Position numbers and translations under genes: made by a program | Part shown: positions 11,661 to 23,881 of the stretch, piece by piece | Numbering within the stretch: the first letter of the stretch is position 1 | Layout of the letters: every line of letters starts with the position of its first letter | Notes under the pieces: generated by a model | What the model saw: the letters and a program-made list of their open reading frames with translations, nothing else | Databases searched by the model: none | What the model was told of the DNA's origin: nothing | Assembly (NCBI RefSeq): GCF_018350175.1 | Contig: NC_058368.1 | Coordinates: 112,780,001-112,844,000, forward strand | Length of the DNA stretch: 64,000 nucleotides | Reading direction: 5' to 3' | Source of the DNA: Felis catus | Lineage: Eukaryota

Positions 11661-13779
11661 CAATTGCCTCCTTCCTAGTTTCCAATTTGGTAATACAGCT
11701 AGATAGCAATAGCTTTAGGATGAACCTGAATCAGTGACTGCATGGGATTTTAGAGAGCGTAGTCATCTCCAGACTCCAGCCAGAATCCGAGGAACAATGC
11801 ACCTGTGATTTACATTGCAATATTATTTTCCCTTTAAAAGCAAATAATTAACTCAGAAAGGAGGTTACTTTCTGACACACACATTACCCTTTTGCGATAA
11901 AATTTTCATGCCACGTATTTCAGCTGTGTTGATTGAAAGTCAAATTATGAGCCTCCGGGCAAGTGCAATATGAGGTTTCTGAGAGCCTTCCTGAGCTTAT
12001 TGCTAGTTTCCCCATATTAACTTCCATGAATTTATCTCAGTGCAAGAGCTGATAATACAAACATGAAACGAAATGATAAATATGTTTGCTGGTTTTTCAC
12101 TTGCAGATCTAATGAGGTCAGAGCCACAGGTGCCAAGAAAGATGCTCGTTTTCTGTGACCTCTGAGCTCTCCATCTCACTTTACAGTACACTTGGTGGCT
12201 ATTATGGGGGAAGGAGAGCCTTCCCATTTTCCAGTGGAAAAACAGGGCCATGACCACTAGGAATCTCGTTCCCTAAAAGAGTACACGTTCTCATTGCTAA
12301 GATGGAGTTAAGGAAGATCATGTATGTAACCGTGTCTGACTCAGAGTAACAGCTTAGTAAACACTGGGTGGGAGAATCAAGATTAGCCATTCTGCTGGCT
12401 CTACCATTCCGATCCAGGGTGTTGTGCTTTCTTTGTGGTGCTTATATATACTGTATTTAATAGTCCACTATGTTGTTTATTTCTTGAAATCTCAAATGCA
12501 CAGAAATCAATGTTTTGTTTATTTATTCAGCTACAACTTATTCAGCACATGGTATTAGTCAAAGAAATGAAATAATTGCTTTCAGAGATCACAGTCTGGT
12601 AGAGAATCAGACAAGTCAAGAGATAGTGAGATACTATTTTGATGCATTTACTGTTGTATTTGGTTTTTGCATTTTGCAGGGTGGCGGGGGTCGGGGGAAT
12701 CCTGCGGCACATTCCCTATTCAAACTAGACCGTAAAGCATTCTTGGCTTTGGGAAGGACTTTGACAACAGAACACAGAAAGGTATGAGTCTCAAGGGGTC
12801 AAGGCTTGGCTTTGAAGTTTCAAAATATGTTTGAAAACTCAAGACACAGATAATAGTTTGAGAGGAAAGACTTGTGACTTCTAAAAGCTTAGGGATTTGA
12901 GACTCCAAAAATCTTTGCCTTGAAGAGACTCGGGAACTATAAAGACTAATCAGAATTTGGGTTTTTTTTTTTTCCTGATCCATAAAATGTAAGGATAATC
13001 TAGGTTAAAGGAGGAGAATTGGATGGAATGCAATAGAAATGTACATTGGGGGGAAAAAGAAATGCACATTGGCACTTTTCCCTTAAAAGGGGTTCCATAA
13101 CTCTCAGGGATGAGCTCTAGGGAGGCGGGGTGGAACAGTTGACAGTGTATTCAGGTAGGTTTGGCACACCGTGGATGGAGGATATCTACACTTAACTTTC
13201 TTGAGGGAGCCTGGAAGGATGGCAAGAATTCTTGAGTTGTTCTTCGTTTATCTTGACATATAGTGGCAAAGGAGAGGAGTATGTGGAGTGTGTAGGGTAG
13301 GTGGCCTTGAGAAAGCTTCTTAGAGCACAGAATGTGATTCCCATGTGCCCAGACAGAAACATAAATAACCAGATATAGTATTGGACATGAGGGGCAGATG
13401 ATGGAGCAGAGGTAAGACCTCGTTAGATAGATAGTGGAGGATCAGAAGGGGATGGGCTATATCTCTGCAGATGCCAGCATAAATTAATAATGATACCTGA
13501 AGAGTAGTGCTCCATCCATCTCTCTCCCCACCCTGCCCGTGCCTCAATTCTCTTTGAGGCCCTCAGAGCCCAGAATCAAACTGGGGAAGATACGGGTGTT
13601 GAGGGTGCCACCAAATTAGCTGAGAATATGTTAAGGTCACTAATATTACTTGAAGTGACTGAGATTATGATTTGGAAGCTCCAGTAGAAATTAAGTTCAG
13701 TTTTTGAGCATCAAAATAAAGGTGTTCCTTGTGTACATTTAGACTGTAGGCTGAGATACTTACCTGCTACACTGGCCAT

Positions 13780-14160
13780 TCTGATTCAATGTGATACTGG
13801 CAATGATGGGAAAAGGACAAGGGCCTATGGAAACTCATAAGGGGTCACCTGCTCCAGCTTGGGTGGAAGGCATGTCAAGGAAGGCTTTCAGAGAAGGTGA
13901 TGTTTATATGGAAAGAAATAGGAACAAGCTAGCCCCAAAAAGTAGGCAAAGGGATACCAGACATAGGAAAAATCCATAAAAAGATACAGAGGCATGAAAT
14001 ACACTATTTTCTTTTCTTCCTTTCTTTTCTTTTTTTTTTTTACACTATTTTCTTTTTGGAAATGTATAGCTAGTCCTGTGGCGTGAGAGTTAAAGTTATA
14101 TGTGTCAGGTAAGGGAGTAGACTAGATTGTGAAGGTCTCATGTGTTAATGCTAATTTGGG
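13780..14160 (-). mobile_element. L2 LINE fragment
   Basis: gtcaaggaaggctttcagagaaggtgatgttt...aaagatacagaggcatgaaa...gactagattgtgaaggtct typical of reverse L2. Confidence 0.6.
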
Positions 14161-14329
14161 GAAAAGAAGAGGGTTCTTTGTGGATGTACTGGGACTGACG
14201 TATCTGTATACCCCACATGTAGAGGCCCAGGAGGCAGAGTAATGGAAACAAAGACTTCCAAGTCCCCAGCCTATGTGAGGAGGTTGGTACATTGGGCTGT
14301 TACCACCCAACATGGAATGGACAATTACC

Positions 14330-14545
14330 AGTTTTTTGATGCTAATTCTGTTCCAGGTTTGTGCTAATTTCTTTGTGTGCATTAAATCACATGGCCATTA
14401 TAGCAGCTCTATGAGGTTAGGTGTTACATCATTTCTCTTTTATAGGTGAAGAAACCAAGGTCCAGAGAGGCTAAGCAACTTTTTTTGAGGTCATGTAACT
14501 AGCACATAGCCTCACTGGAATCAGAGCTTGCTCTTAGCCATAAAA
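14330..14545 (-). mobile_element. MIR SINE
   Basis: gcagctctatgaggttagg...tttataggtgaagaaaccaaggtccagagaggctaagcaactt. Confidence 0.8.
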
Positions 14546-15399
14546 CCCACACAATCTGGAGACATCATAGGAGGGTGAGGAAGAATTTGGAGGTATCAGC
14601 TCCAGGGGAGAGTAGGAGGCTAAGCCTCAGTCACCCATGGCTCCATCAGCTGAGAAACTTTGTGAAGAGTTGTTCCCATACCTAAGTGCACTCTTTTGGA
14701 GGAATGATCTGGCCTATCATAGGCAGCTGCTCATGGCCATCACCAAGGGGATAGATCGTGGGACTGAGCTGGACCCTCCAACTGCAAACATATCAGGCAG
14801 AGGGGGGCACTTGTCATGAATGCCTGTCTCAGTACCCCCAGGAAAGCTCTGGGCGGAAACCTCTCAGTGTAGAACAGCTTAAAAACGAGCAGGGGAGTTT
14901 GCAACATAGGCCGAGGTTGTGTGGAAGGAAGCAGAGGGTGTAAGCTTCCTAGGGACATCCCTCTAGGCCCAGGTCCACAGAAAAGTATAGATGCCCTGAT
15001 GGGGCCCATTTGGGTGATGGCCAAAATCACTTAGGAAGAGAGGCAGGCATCGTACAGAGCAGCAGGATCCTGCCTGATTGCTGAGCTTGCAAAGCCAGCC
15101 TAATGTTCCCCGGGGAAAGCTTTGATACAGTCTCTCACCTAGGAACAGAATCGTTTATTTATGTAAATTATCTCTGAAACATTATTTGCTTTGGTCACAT
15201 GAGCTCTGGAGAATTCTTAGGCAGTTTCAGTTTGGCAGGGGAAGGCGTGGGACAGGTACGTGGGTGGGGCAGAGAAACAAAGCCTTTTGCTGAGAAGATG
15301 GATCCTCAGAGCCTCAAGAGGGAAATGGCCTTGTGGGGACCTCAGTCCCCGTCTCCTCAAGCAGGGGAAAGACTTATGGTCTCATAAGTCAGGTGACAT

Positions 15400-15600
15400 G
15401 CACCTCCTCCCCTGCTCTGACACTCACTAGCTGTGGGGTCTTGGGCAAATAACTTCTCATTTCTGGGTCTCATCTTCGCATTTACAGACAGGGTCATTAA
15501 TATTGTCTTGGGTTGTTGTGAACAGTATAAGAGATGATGTGTGTGAGTTGCCTATAATAGCTCCTTGTATGCAGTAACTCTTTCTGTTCATGTTAGTTCC
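15400..15600 (+). mobile_element. MIR SINE
   Basis: ctctgacactcactagctgtggggtcttgggcaaataactt...gggttgttgtgaa. Confidence 0.8.
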
Positions 15601-15945
15601 GATTTCCACCGTCATCGCTGTCATATTTACTGTTCTTACTATTGATCTGCAGACACAGCTATGGCGTTAGGTTGGGGGAATTCACCTTGCCTTTGTCCTG
15701 CCTGAGCCTCTCCTCCAGGTTACCCCCAGAGTCAAAAGTGTTGCTCCTCCCCTGGGAAAGGAGGACTGGTCTGAAGGGAACAGCTCTGGGGATCTGAGGT
15801 TTCCTTTGGGTCCCTTGACAGCAAAGATGGGAGTGTATTCTCAAGGAGGTGCTCTCCTGAGTGTAATTAGCAGAGAGGCTGGAAAGGAGCAGCTTGTTTT
15901 GGTAGAAATGACAGTGCTGGCTCCCACACAGGCACTGAAAGTGAG

Positions 15946-15947
15946 TG

Positions 15948-15991
<44 letters not shown>
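15946..15991 (+). repeat. (TG)n microsatellite
   Basis: Directly visible, with one gc interruption. Confidence 0.97.
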
Positions 15992-15992
<1 letters not shown>

Positions 15993-16224
15993 ATGTGCTG
16001 ATCATCAGGCAGTAAAGTTTGGCTTGAGACCCCACCTACCAGGGACCAGGTGGGAGCTGGCCCTGCCCATGGCTGTGTCTCTCCCTGGGTAAACTGCAGT
16101 TCCCAGAAGTTCTTCCAAGTCTGGCTCTGGATATCTGATGGAATTGGGTGCAGAGGGAGGTCTTCAACAAACTTTTGGAGGGAAAGTTTTCTAAAACTTG
16201 ATTTGGGGAGTCAGGAAAGCAAAA

Positions 16225-16430
16225 GAGTCCACAGGATGGGTTTTGATGCCAGACAGACCTGGATTTAGCTTCTGACTTTGCCATTTATCAACTGTGTGAT
16301 GTTGGTGAGTTACTTTTTGAGCCTCAGTTTCCCTGGCTATATGCCAGAGGCAATTTAAAACTGCCTGCCCTTCAGAACTGTTGTGAGAATAGTACCTGGC
16401 ACAAATTAAGTACAAGTTAAATGGTACTGA
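16225..16430 (+). mobile_element. MIR SINE
   Basis: gccagacagacctggattt...actgtgtgatgttgg...gagcctcagtttcc...tagtacctggcaca. Confidence 0.8.
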
Positions 16431-16439
16431 AAATGATCA

Positions 16440-16670
16440 TGTCATTTAACAAATTCTTATGTGATGCTTTTTACGTACCAGGCACTATTGTAAATACTTT
16501 CGAGATATTATCTTGCTTAATATTCTTAGCAACCTTATGAGGTAGATAATGTGATTGTTTTCCAGAGGTGGAAACTGAGGCACAGAGAGATGAAATAACT
16601 TCTTCAAGATCCTGCAGCTAGTCAGTGTTCTAACCAAGGCAATCCGGCCTTATATCAGTCTGTACAGCCT
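16440..16670 (-). mobile_element. MIR SINE
   Basis: gtaccaggcactattgtaaatacttt...caaccttatgaggtag...ggaaactgaggcacagagaga. Confidence 0.85.
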
Positions 16671-17659
16671 CATGATTTTAGTGATGTTCTTTAGAGGACA
16701 AAGTTAAAGGACCATGAAGGCACAATTGTGAAGTAGAGTGCAGAAGCTCCCTCCCACCCCCTGCATCCCAACCAATATGTTGCCAGCACTTACTATAGTG
16801 AGGTTCTGCCTTTCTTTCAGGGCAAAATTAATCCACATGTCTAGTGACCAAATAGACGGTTCCCTCAAGACCTGGCTGTCTCTATTCCCTGTTTCCCCTC
16901 TAAGAAGCTATTTTTAAGTGGTTCAGAAAATAGAGCACCACGAGCTTGGTGTGTACATTTTACTTTGTGTTCAAGCTCACTTGCTTGTGGGTTGAATAGG
17001 TGCAGCCTTAAAGGACCCCCCTTCCTCCACAGCTAGAGTTCCTCCGGGTCTGCCATAGGGGGAAACCCCAAAGCTTCTGGACAGAGTCTGCTTCCATTCC
17101 AGCGACCTAGTTCCTGCTTTGTTCTTGAGCTAAGCGCCCACCTGTGTGGTTGTACACCTCCCTGTACACACATTGTCCTCAGTATGGCCCTCACCAGAGC
17201 AGCTGGAAATGATGTGCTCACGTGAGTGACCTGAGGTGGAGAAGTTCTTGCCGGAAAAGCAATCACGTGAGAAAACACCTGCTCTGTTCCTCTCTGGGTA
17301 GAGAAGACTGAGGCTGTGCGATCACTGCATCCGCAGCCTTCCTGGGAGGGTCCCGGAGGAGATTGTGTCACAGCAACCACTTCTGGCAGGGAAGTCATAC
17401 ATGCTGAGGGAACAGAGAAGGAAGAAGACCCCTCGTAAGTAGGGGCCAAGGAAGCCTTGGGAGGGAGCTTAGTGCGAGGATGGCCCCAGAGGCTCAGACA
17501 CGTTGAGCTTCAGAGAAATTTGGAGATGAGATGAGAGAAGGGGGGAGATAAAAAAAAGAATGTGGGTGATGAATTACACTCCTTTGATATTCTTTGAGAG
17601 ATAGAACTTAGAATTGCGTTTTAATTACTTTTAGTTGTTGTACTTCTTTGAATTCACCC

Positions 17660-17835
17660 CTTTATCAGGACAGGTGTATGTGGAGGTCTCAGGATTTATT
17701 TTGGTTACATGTTTGTCTCTTCCATTAATTGTGCTGTGAGACGTTCTTAAGAGCAGGAATCGTGTCTTATCCATCTCCATATCCTCAGCATCTCGCCTGG
17801 GGCCCAGCACAGAGTTGGTGCACTTGCGGTGGGTT
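17660..17835 (+). mobile_element. L2 LINE 3' end
   Basis: tgtttgtctcttcc...tgtgagacgttcttaagagcaggaatcgtgtcttatccatctccatatcctcagcatct...cccagcacagag. Confidence 0.75.
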
Positions 17836-17839
17836 AAAG

Positions 17840-17942
17840 TGAGGTGACCAGTTTGTCTTTCTTCATCTGGCACTTTCTTGGATTTAGCCTGGAAAGCCTG
17901 ATGTTCCCAGAAGACCGGAGTTCTAGGCAAACTGACACCCTA
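17840..17942. mobile_element. MER81-like (hAT-Blackjack) MITE
   Basis: Ends ggtgacca and gacacccta; internal gatttagcctggaaagcctgatgttcccag...aggcaaactg; about 100 bp. Confidence 0.65.
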
Positions 17943-18429
17943 TGCTGACTCAACCAGAACTGAACCCTCAGAGTGACTGGCTCTCTTCCTTTGGCTATCA
18001 TGAGCTTGAGAGACTAAGTGGAATGTCCAGTGGAAATCCTCTCCTCAGACCATCCAGTATGGAGTCTCTCAATGGCTCTATCAGTAGGAATGCTGTCTTT
18101 TTCCTGCATGAGTCATTCTCATTGTGTGGTGGGTAAATGTACAGCGATGCCAGCCCAGCTGCCAGTCCCAGCCCACAGGGTCTTTGTTAAGGCCCTTGCT
18201 GTGTCTTACACAAACCCCAGCAGCTATTGGGTGCTCACCACTGCCTTTCCAGCTTGGAGCTAGAGGTTTACCAAGATGATCCTTCCATTTGGAAAAACAG
18301 TGACTCCATCTCAGTGTAGCATAAACAACTTTGTGTATCAAAGTGTTAGGGAAAATAAATTTTCTCAACCCAAGATGCAAGATTTTATTGAATGCCAACC
18401 AATCCCAAAATCTCACAGGGTATCTTTTT

Positions 18430-18740
18430 TTCACTTTCGCAAGTCCACTCTGCTTCTCTCCCCCTGGACCTTGGAATATGCTGTTTTATTTGCCTGGCAA
18501 GTTTTTAAATCTTTTTCTTCACCTGCTGAGCTCCTCCTCAACTTAAGTGACTTCCTCCAGGTAGCTCTCTCTAACTGCCTCTTCCATTAAGATAAGAGCT
18601 CCTGCCATATGTTCCCCCAGAATCCTGGGTTTATGGGGTCGTGGCCTGTTTGCACGTGTTCTCCCCTATACTGTGAGTCCCTGAGTACTGGGCTGTATTG
18701 GAGGTACTGCCCTTTGAGTCTGGGCAGATAAGTGGGTGGT
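18430..18740 (+). mobile_element. L2 LINE fragment
   Basis: atatgctgttttatttgcctgg...gtgacttcctccagg...ctcccctatactgtgagtccctgag. Confidence 0.65.
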
Positions 18741-19289
18741 AAAAGGAGTCCCTTGTGAGTGACAGGACAACTTTGGAACATGTCATCTCGCAGAAATCTG
18801 TTGAATCACCTGGAAATGAGTTTGCCAAAGATGATTATGATTTGAACAGAAGCCTTGGCTGAGCATGTGCTACAGATGGATCTCAGAGATGTGAAAAGAG
18901 AGCAGTCAATTTCTCAGATGCAGCTCACAGTCCAGAAATCTGATTATTAGCAGGTACAAGACTAAAAGCTCCCTTGATGCATGTCTTTGGCTGGCTACTA
19001 TTATTCTTTCATTTTGTGATGATGGAAGAAGCAAGTCTTGCTTATGGAGTTTCTCTTATGTAAACATGTTTTTACAGCTTTCCTTCTCTGGGTGCAACCT
19101 AGAATGGGGCCATGCAGTTCACCAGCTGCCTAGCCAAGTCTTAGAGGAAAGAAAAACCATCACACAGAAGGTCTTCATGCAGAAAAGAACACTGCAGAAA
19201 GAGCCAGGAGCCTGCATCTCAGACAAGGCTCTGCATTTTATGATCTTGAGTAGTCTTGTCTCTGTTTGTGCTAATAATATTCATTGTGC

Positions 19290-19495
19290 GTGCTAGTCAT
19301 CTCATGTGTTTTATGTCACCTAATATAAAAAAAAATATCTTGAGAAGTAAATTCCCCCACTTCACAGATGATGAACCTGTGATTAAGCGACTCTGTAACC
19401 AGGATCTGTGTGCACTGTCACACAAATAGCCTGAGAAGTTGGGGTTCAAGGCCAAGTCTATTTGACTGTATAGTTGAGCCCTTAATCACGATAGA
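19290..19495 (-). mobile_element. MIR SINE
   Basis: ccccacttcacagatgatgaacctgtg...gtcacacaaatag...ggggttcaaggccaagtct. Confidence 0.65.
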
Positions 19496-20189
19496 ATATG
19501 TTTCTTGGTCTCTTCATCTGTTAAATGAGGTCTCTTCTAATTCTGTCTTTCTCAGTTGAATGAGGACAAACAGCTCATCCATATTTTTAGCTATACTCAC
19601 AGATGGAAGCCCTGTCAGCAAAGAAAATACCACACACATGCATTTTGAGTTGAATGTCTCATGGAAGAAGTCTTAGGGTAACACCTTTATTTCTTCCTCT
19701 GAGCACCCTAACATTTAATCTTTGCACACGTCATTACTCTGCCTGATGAAAACAGGAGTCAGCAGTGTAGTTCTGAGATACCTTAGTGAAGTCACTGGAA
19801 GAGGTACCTTGCAAATATGAAGGCAGTGCGTGGGGAAATAGAATGAAATTTTTCAAAGATGGTAGAAGATGACACCACCACCTACCCACCCCCCCCCCAC
19901 CCCGTGACCTGCCTGAAAAGGACTGATCTTATGGATGAAAAAAAACTACTCCTCCAGTGTTCACTGGGGATTCCCAAGGCTGCATCGGTGTGAAACAAGC
20001 TGGGATCACTCAGGTTTTTGATCGTGTTCAAAATACCTAAAAGGATTGCTGTCACTCTGAAAGACCAGTAGAGTGTGATGATTAAGGCAAAGATAATGGA
20101 GTTTGATAGAAAGGAGTTGAGATTCCATATTCTGTGTGTTGATTCCAGGAATCAGCCCTTTCCTTCTAGGCCAAGGGAAATTAATATTT

Positions 20190-20510
20190 CTGTGTCCCAG
20201 ACCTTTCAGCATCTGGTGAAGTTCATGGACCCCTTTTCAAATAATGGTTTTAAATGATTAAAATAAAAAACAAAAGATTTTATAGGAAACCAATTATATT
20301 GGCTGTGAAAACGTATTAAATAATAAATTCATGTTATAGTAATACATATGTTTCTTTATTAATATTGTAAATAATGAGATCTAGTGATGGATCTAATTTT
20401 GAGGTAGGGATAAATTCTTGAAATATGTCTACTTTAATTTGATATGAAGATGTCTGTACCTTCAATTGGTAAAAGTGTACTATTAATTCTTCTGTAGATG
20501 GTTATCCTTA
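20190..20510 (+). mobile_element. MER119-like (hAT-Charlie) DNA transposon relic
   Basis: tctggtgaagttcatggaccccttttcaaataatggttttaaatg...aggaaaccaattatattg matches the remembered Charlie-family consensus. Confidence 0.65.
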
Positions 20511-21814
20511 TATTAAATCCCTCTTTACTTGAAATAGCTAAAGTGGCTTCTGCTTTTGAGTTATGGCTCAAAAAAAAAAAAAAAAACCTCAGCTGTATCT
20601 CTTACTAGTTCTTGTCCTTTGGTAAGGTAATGATACCAATGTCTATGCCTCATCAACATAGTATGTACCTCAAAGGTTTGTTGTGAATATCTAATGGTAT
20701 AGTATATGAAGCATCTCTTGTACACAGAAAGATCTCCTTTAGTATTACCCAGGAAACTTTGACCGAACCAATTGGGTTTATGTTAAAATAACATTTCAAA
20801 GTAAGTGGATTCATTGCCTATAATTGGTATGGAAACCTGGTCTGGTTTGAAGTAACCCTTAGATATAATTAAGTAGGATCATCTATTTGTTTATTGGACA
20901 GTCTTAAAAAATTAATGAAAAATATCTTTAGAAAAAATAATGAAAACTATTATTACCGATGTTGTTCATTTGCTATGGCTAGTCTTAAATGTGGCCTCTT
21001 GGGCAGTTATACTGTAATATCCCATGATCAGCCTAGGCAAACCCAAACTCTAGCAGAATTATGTATAATCATGACTATAATTTCTATAGTCTATCAGTCT
21101 ATCAGAATGGGACTATAAGTCACCTTATACTTGTGGCTGATCTCCTTTTCCTTGAATTTTAAATAGAAATAAACAACAATATTAAATGTCAGGGCAAATT
21201 GCCTTCATTATATTCAGAAAGGAGAATATTTTACCAGATTACTAGGAACTAATGGAGTATCTAAACTGAATTCTTTGGATAATTCTACAGATTCCCCTAA
21301 TTTTTTTGAGTGGACAAAATATTTGTCAGAAAAAAAGATATTAAATTCTCAGGGGCAATAGCACCCGCCATGAACTGGGAAGTGAAGGAAGTAAGAGAAA
21401 GCTTTGAGAGGTGAAAGTTACAATTAATGCATACTGGTCCGAACAGAGATTAAGAGACCTGGAGGAGAAACAGTGGTCTTCCATTCAGAAAGACTGTCTG
21501 GAACATTCGACTTATCAAATATGAATGAGAAAGGCAGAGGAAAGCTATAAAATGTTGCATAAGCAGTGCTCATCTGACCAGAATGGAGGGAGCTTTGGGC
21601 AGTTGGTTTGGAAAATTCTGACTCTACTGGTAAAACCTTCTGTATATAATATAGATGGGAGCACCATGCATCTTGGATGATGCCAATAGACATTGGATTC
21701 AGCATAATATGTGGATGGCTTGTTTACCAAGCCATGCTGTGCTTTTATGATGTGGCTTTGCCATGTGGATCTACTTACAAAGACAGAATGGGATGATAAT
21801 AGAAGTAATAGCAA

Positions 21815-21990
21815 CAATAATTGGTAATATTTATCGAATGGTTCCTCTGTGCCAGGAATTGTTCTATATGTGATTTCATTTAATCCTCATAATAATCCTA
21901 TAAAGAAGATTCTACTAGTTCTCCACCTTATAGGTCATGAGACTGAGTCACACAGAGGTTATACAACAAAACCGAAGTACTATAGCTAGG
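21815..21990 (-). mobile_element. MIR SINE
   Basis: tgtgccagg...tcatttaatcctcataataatcctat...gagactgagtcacacagaggtt. Confidence 0.8.
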
Positions 21991-22077
21991 TCCCAGAGTT
22001 TGCTGACAGGTGGAACAATAAAGGGCGTCCCTGATATAGGCCCAGTTGCTTTTCTTTTCATCTACCTTTGTGTTTTC

Positions 22078-22294
22078 ATTAAAAAAAAATGTAATGCTTA
22101 TTTTATTTTTGAGAGAGGGAGACAGAGCACAAGCAGGGGAAGGGCAGAGAGAAAAGGAGACACAGAATCCAAAGCCGGCTCCATGCTCTGGGCTGTTGAC
22201 CCAGAGCCCTAAGCGGGGCTCGAACCCATGAACCGTGAGATCATGACCTAAACCAAAGTTGGATGCTTAACCAACTGAGCCACCCAGGCATCCC
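22078..22294 (-). mobile_element. Can-SINE (SINEC_Fc-like) with TSD
   Basis: Reverse SINE body; TSD tgtgttttc at 22069-22077 and 22295-22303. Confidence 0.95.
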
Positions 22295-23881
22295 TGTGTT
22301 TTCGGGTTTTGATCTCAAATTATTTTACTCTTTTTCATACTTTAGCCTGTGTGGACACAATAAATCACCAAATATGAGTGGTGAAAGCTGATTTTTCTTT
22401 CTTGTAATATGTATTACATTTCCAGTTGGCTGCTTCAGAAATCTATTCTGTCAGTGTAATTGGTGAGTGGAGGAAGCCCTTATAGGCTATATTTTGAAAT
22501 TCCCTACCTATAATTTCAAAAGCAAATCTAACAGACTTATTTTTGTCTTTAATTAAGGCTTGTTTTTATCCACTTCACACGACCGTCTCTAAGCCATGTC
22601 TTACCTTAGATGATACCACCTTTTTTATAGGACAGCTTTCAATCTTGGTAGCCAAGGACCTCGTTTCTATCAAACTGGAGAGGCTTAACTTGAGAGCTGG
22701 GCATTTCTCAGTGTGCCCTTATTATTACAAGAGGGTTAGGCCTGGTGGTTCTGAGGATGGGCAGATCTTTAACGTCAGCTTCTACCCTGTGTCCTCGATC
22801 ACTGAAGACGTGCATCAGAAGTAGGCAGAGCTGGGGAACCAAGTAGAGCAAGAAGGATGATTGGTGGTACCCATAACCAATGCTATTTGCTGTGGGCTAT
22901 TTGCGTAACAGCTAGAAAATTCAGCTTGGTTTTTGTGTCCATTACTCAAAGGTTAGACATGGTATTGTTCCAAGTCAATTGAGAGAGCTGGTAAGCATGC
23001 CACAAACAAGGAAGGGATAATGCCTTGGCCCATGTAATAGACCTCCACAAGTCATGAAACCTGCCCCAGATAAGGGTTTAGTACCCAGATAAGGGAGTAT
23101 GACACAGGAATGGGGCAAGAGGAGCAAAGGGAATGAGAGAACATACTGTGTAAGTCTGCATACGTGGCCTAAAGAAGGCACACACTGTCTTATCCCAGTA
23201 GCACTCCTTGTGGTGAAAACCTCTGAGTTCCCACTAGGATTTCTAAGTTTACATACGTTAAATCAGCCTCTGTTCAGTAGAATCCCATGGCCACCAAATA
23301 ACCCAGAGGGACCTTTCTTGTTCATGGTTGTAGGATTTCATCTCTGTGTAAATGTTTCAGATAATTTGCCCACACAGGGCAAGGGACACACTCCTGAGAA
23401 CTGGACTCAGTTCTCAGACATTCACATCTTTTGTCTCTGTCACCCCTCTGACAAGTTTTAATGTCAGCATGCGTTTTAGTGGACTGGAAAATTCTCATCT
23501 TGTAACTCAAAGTCAGGGACTGAGAACAGAGCGGTGAGATGTTTTGAGTGCTGCTGTTGCTTTGTAAGTTATTTTGCAGTAGCATATACCCATGTCAGAC
23601 AAGTACATTATCTCTTTGGAGAGTTCGTTGTTGTTTTACTCTTCGTTAGTTTGCTTTTTAGCTAAGAAGAACTCCAAACAGGTTGGTCTGGAAATACCCA
23701 TTTGCTTAGTTCTTGGAGGCAAAGGGTGCCAGGCAAGGAAGGTTACTGGGAAGGGAGCAAGTTGGTCAGCTGAGGAAGCAGTGTCAGGAATAATTAGGGA
23801 AAATGAATAAAGAAGCCCATTGTGATATGTGATTGTTGATATGGGGGTGACCTCTTTCTGTCTTTTAAGGCCAATGGTGCC

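Noticed and set aside
17033..17449. 138-aa minus-strand ORF
   Set aside because: No recognisable homology; its length is within chance range for GC-richer sequence
19556..19677. Possible exon after the strong acceptor ctaattctgtctttctcag
   Set aside because: The donor (agg|gtaaca) is weak and the acceptor abuts MIR-derived sequence
23394..23417. Perfect 10-bp hairpin ctgagaactg-gact-cagttctcag
   Set aside because: A 10-bp stem with a short loop is expected roughly once by chance in 64 kb and does not extend further
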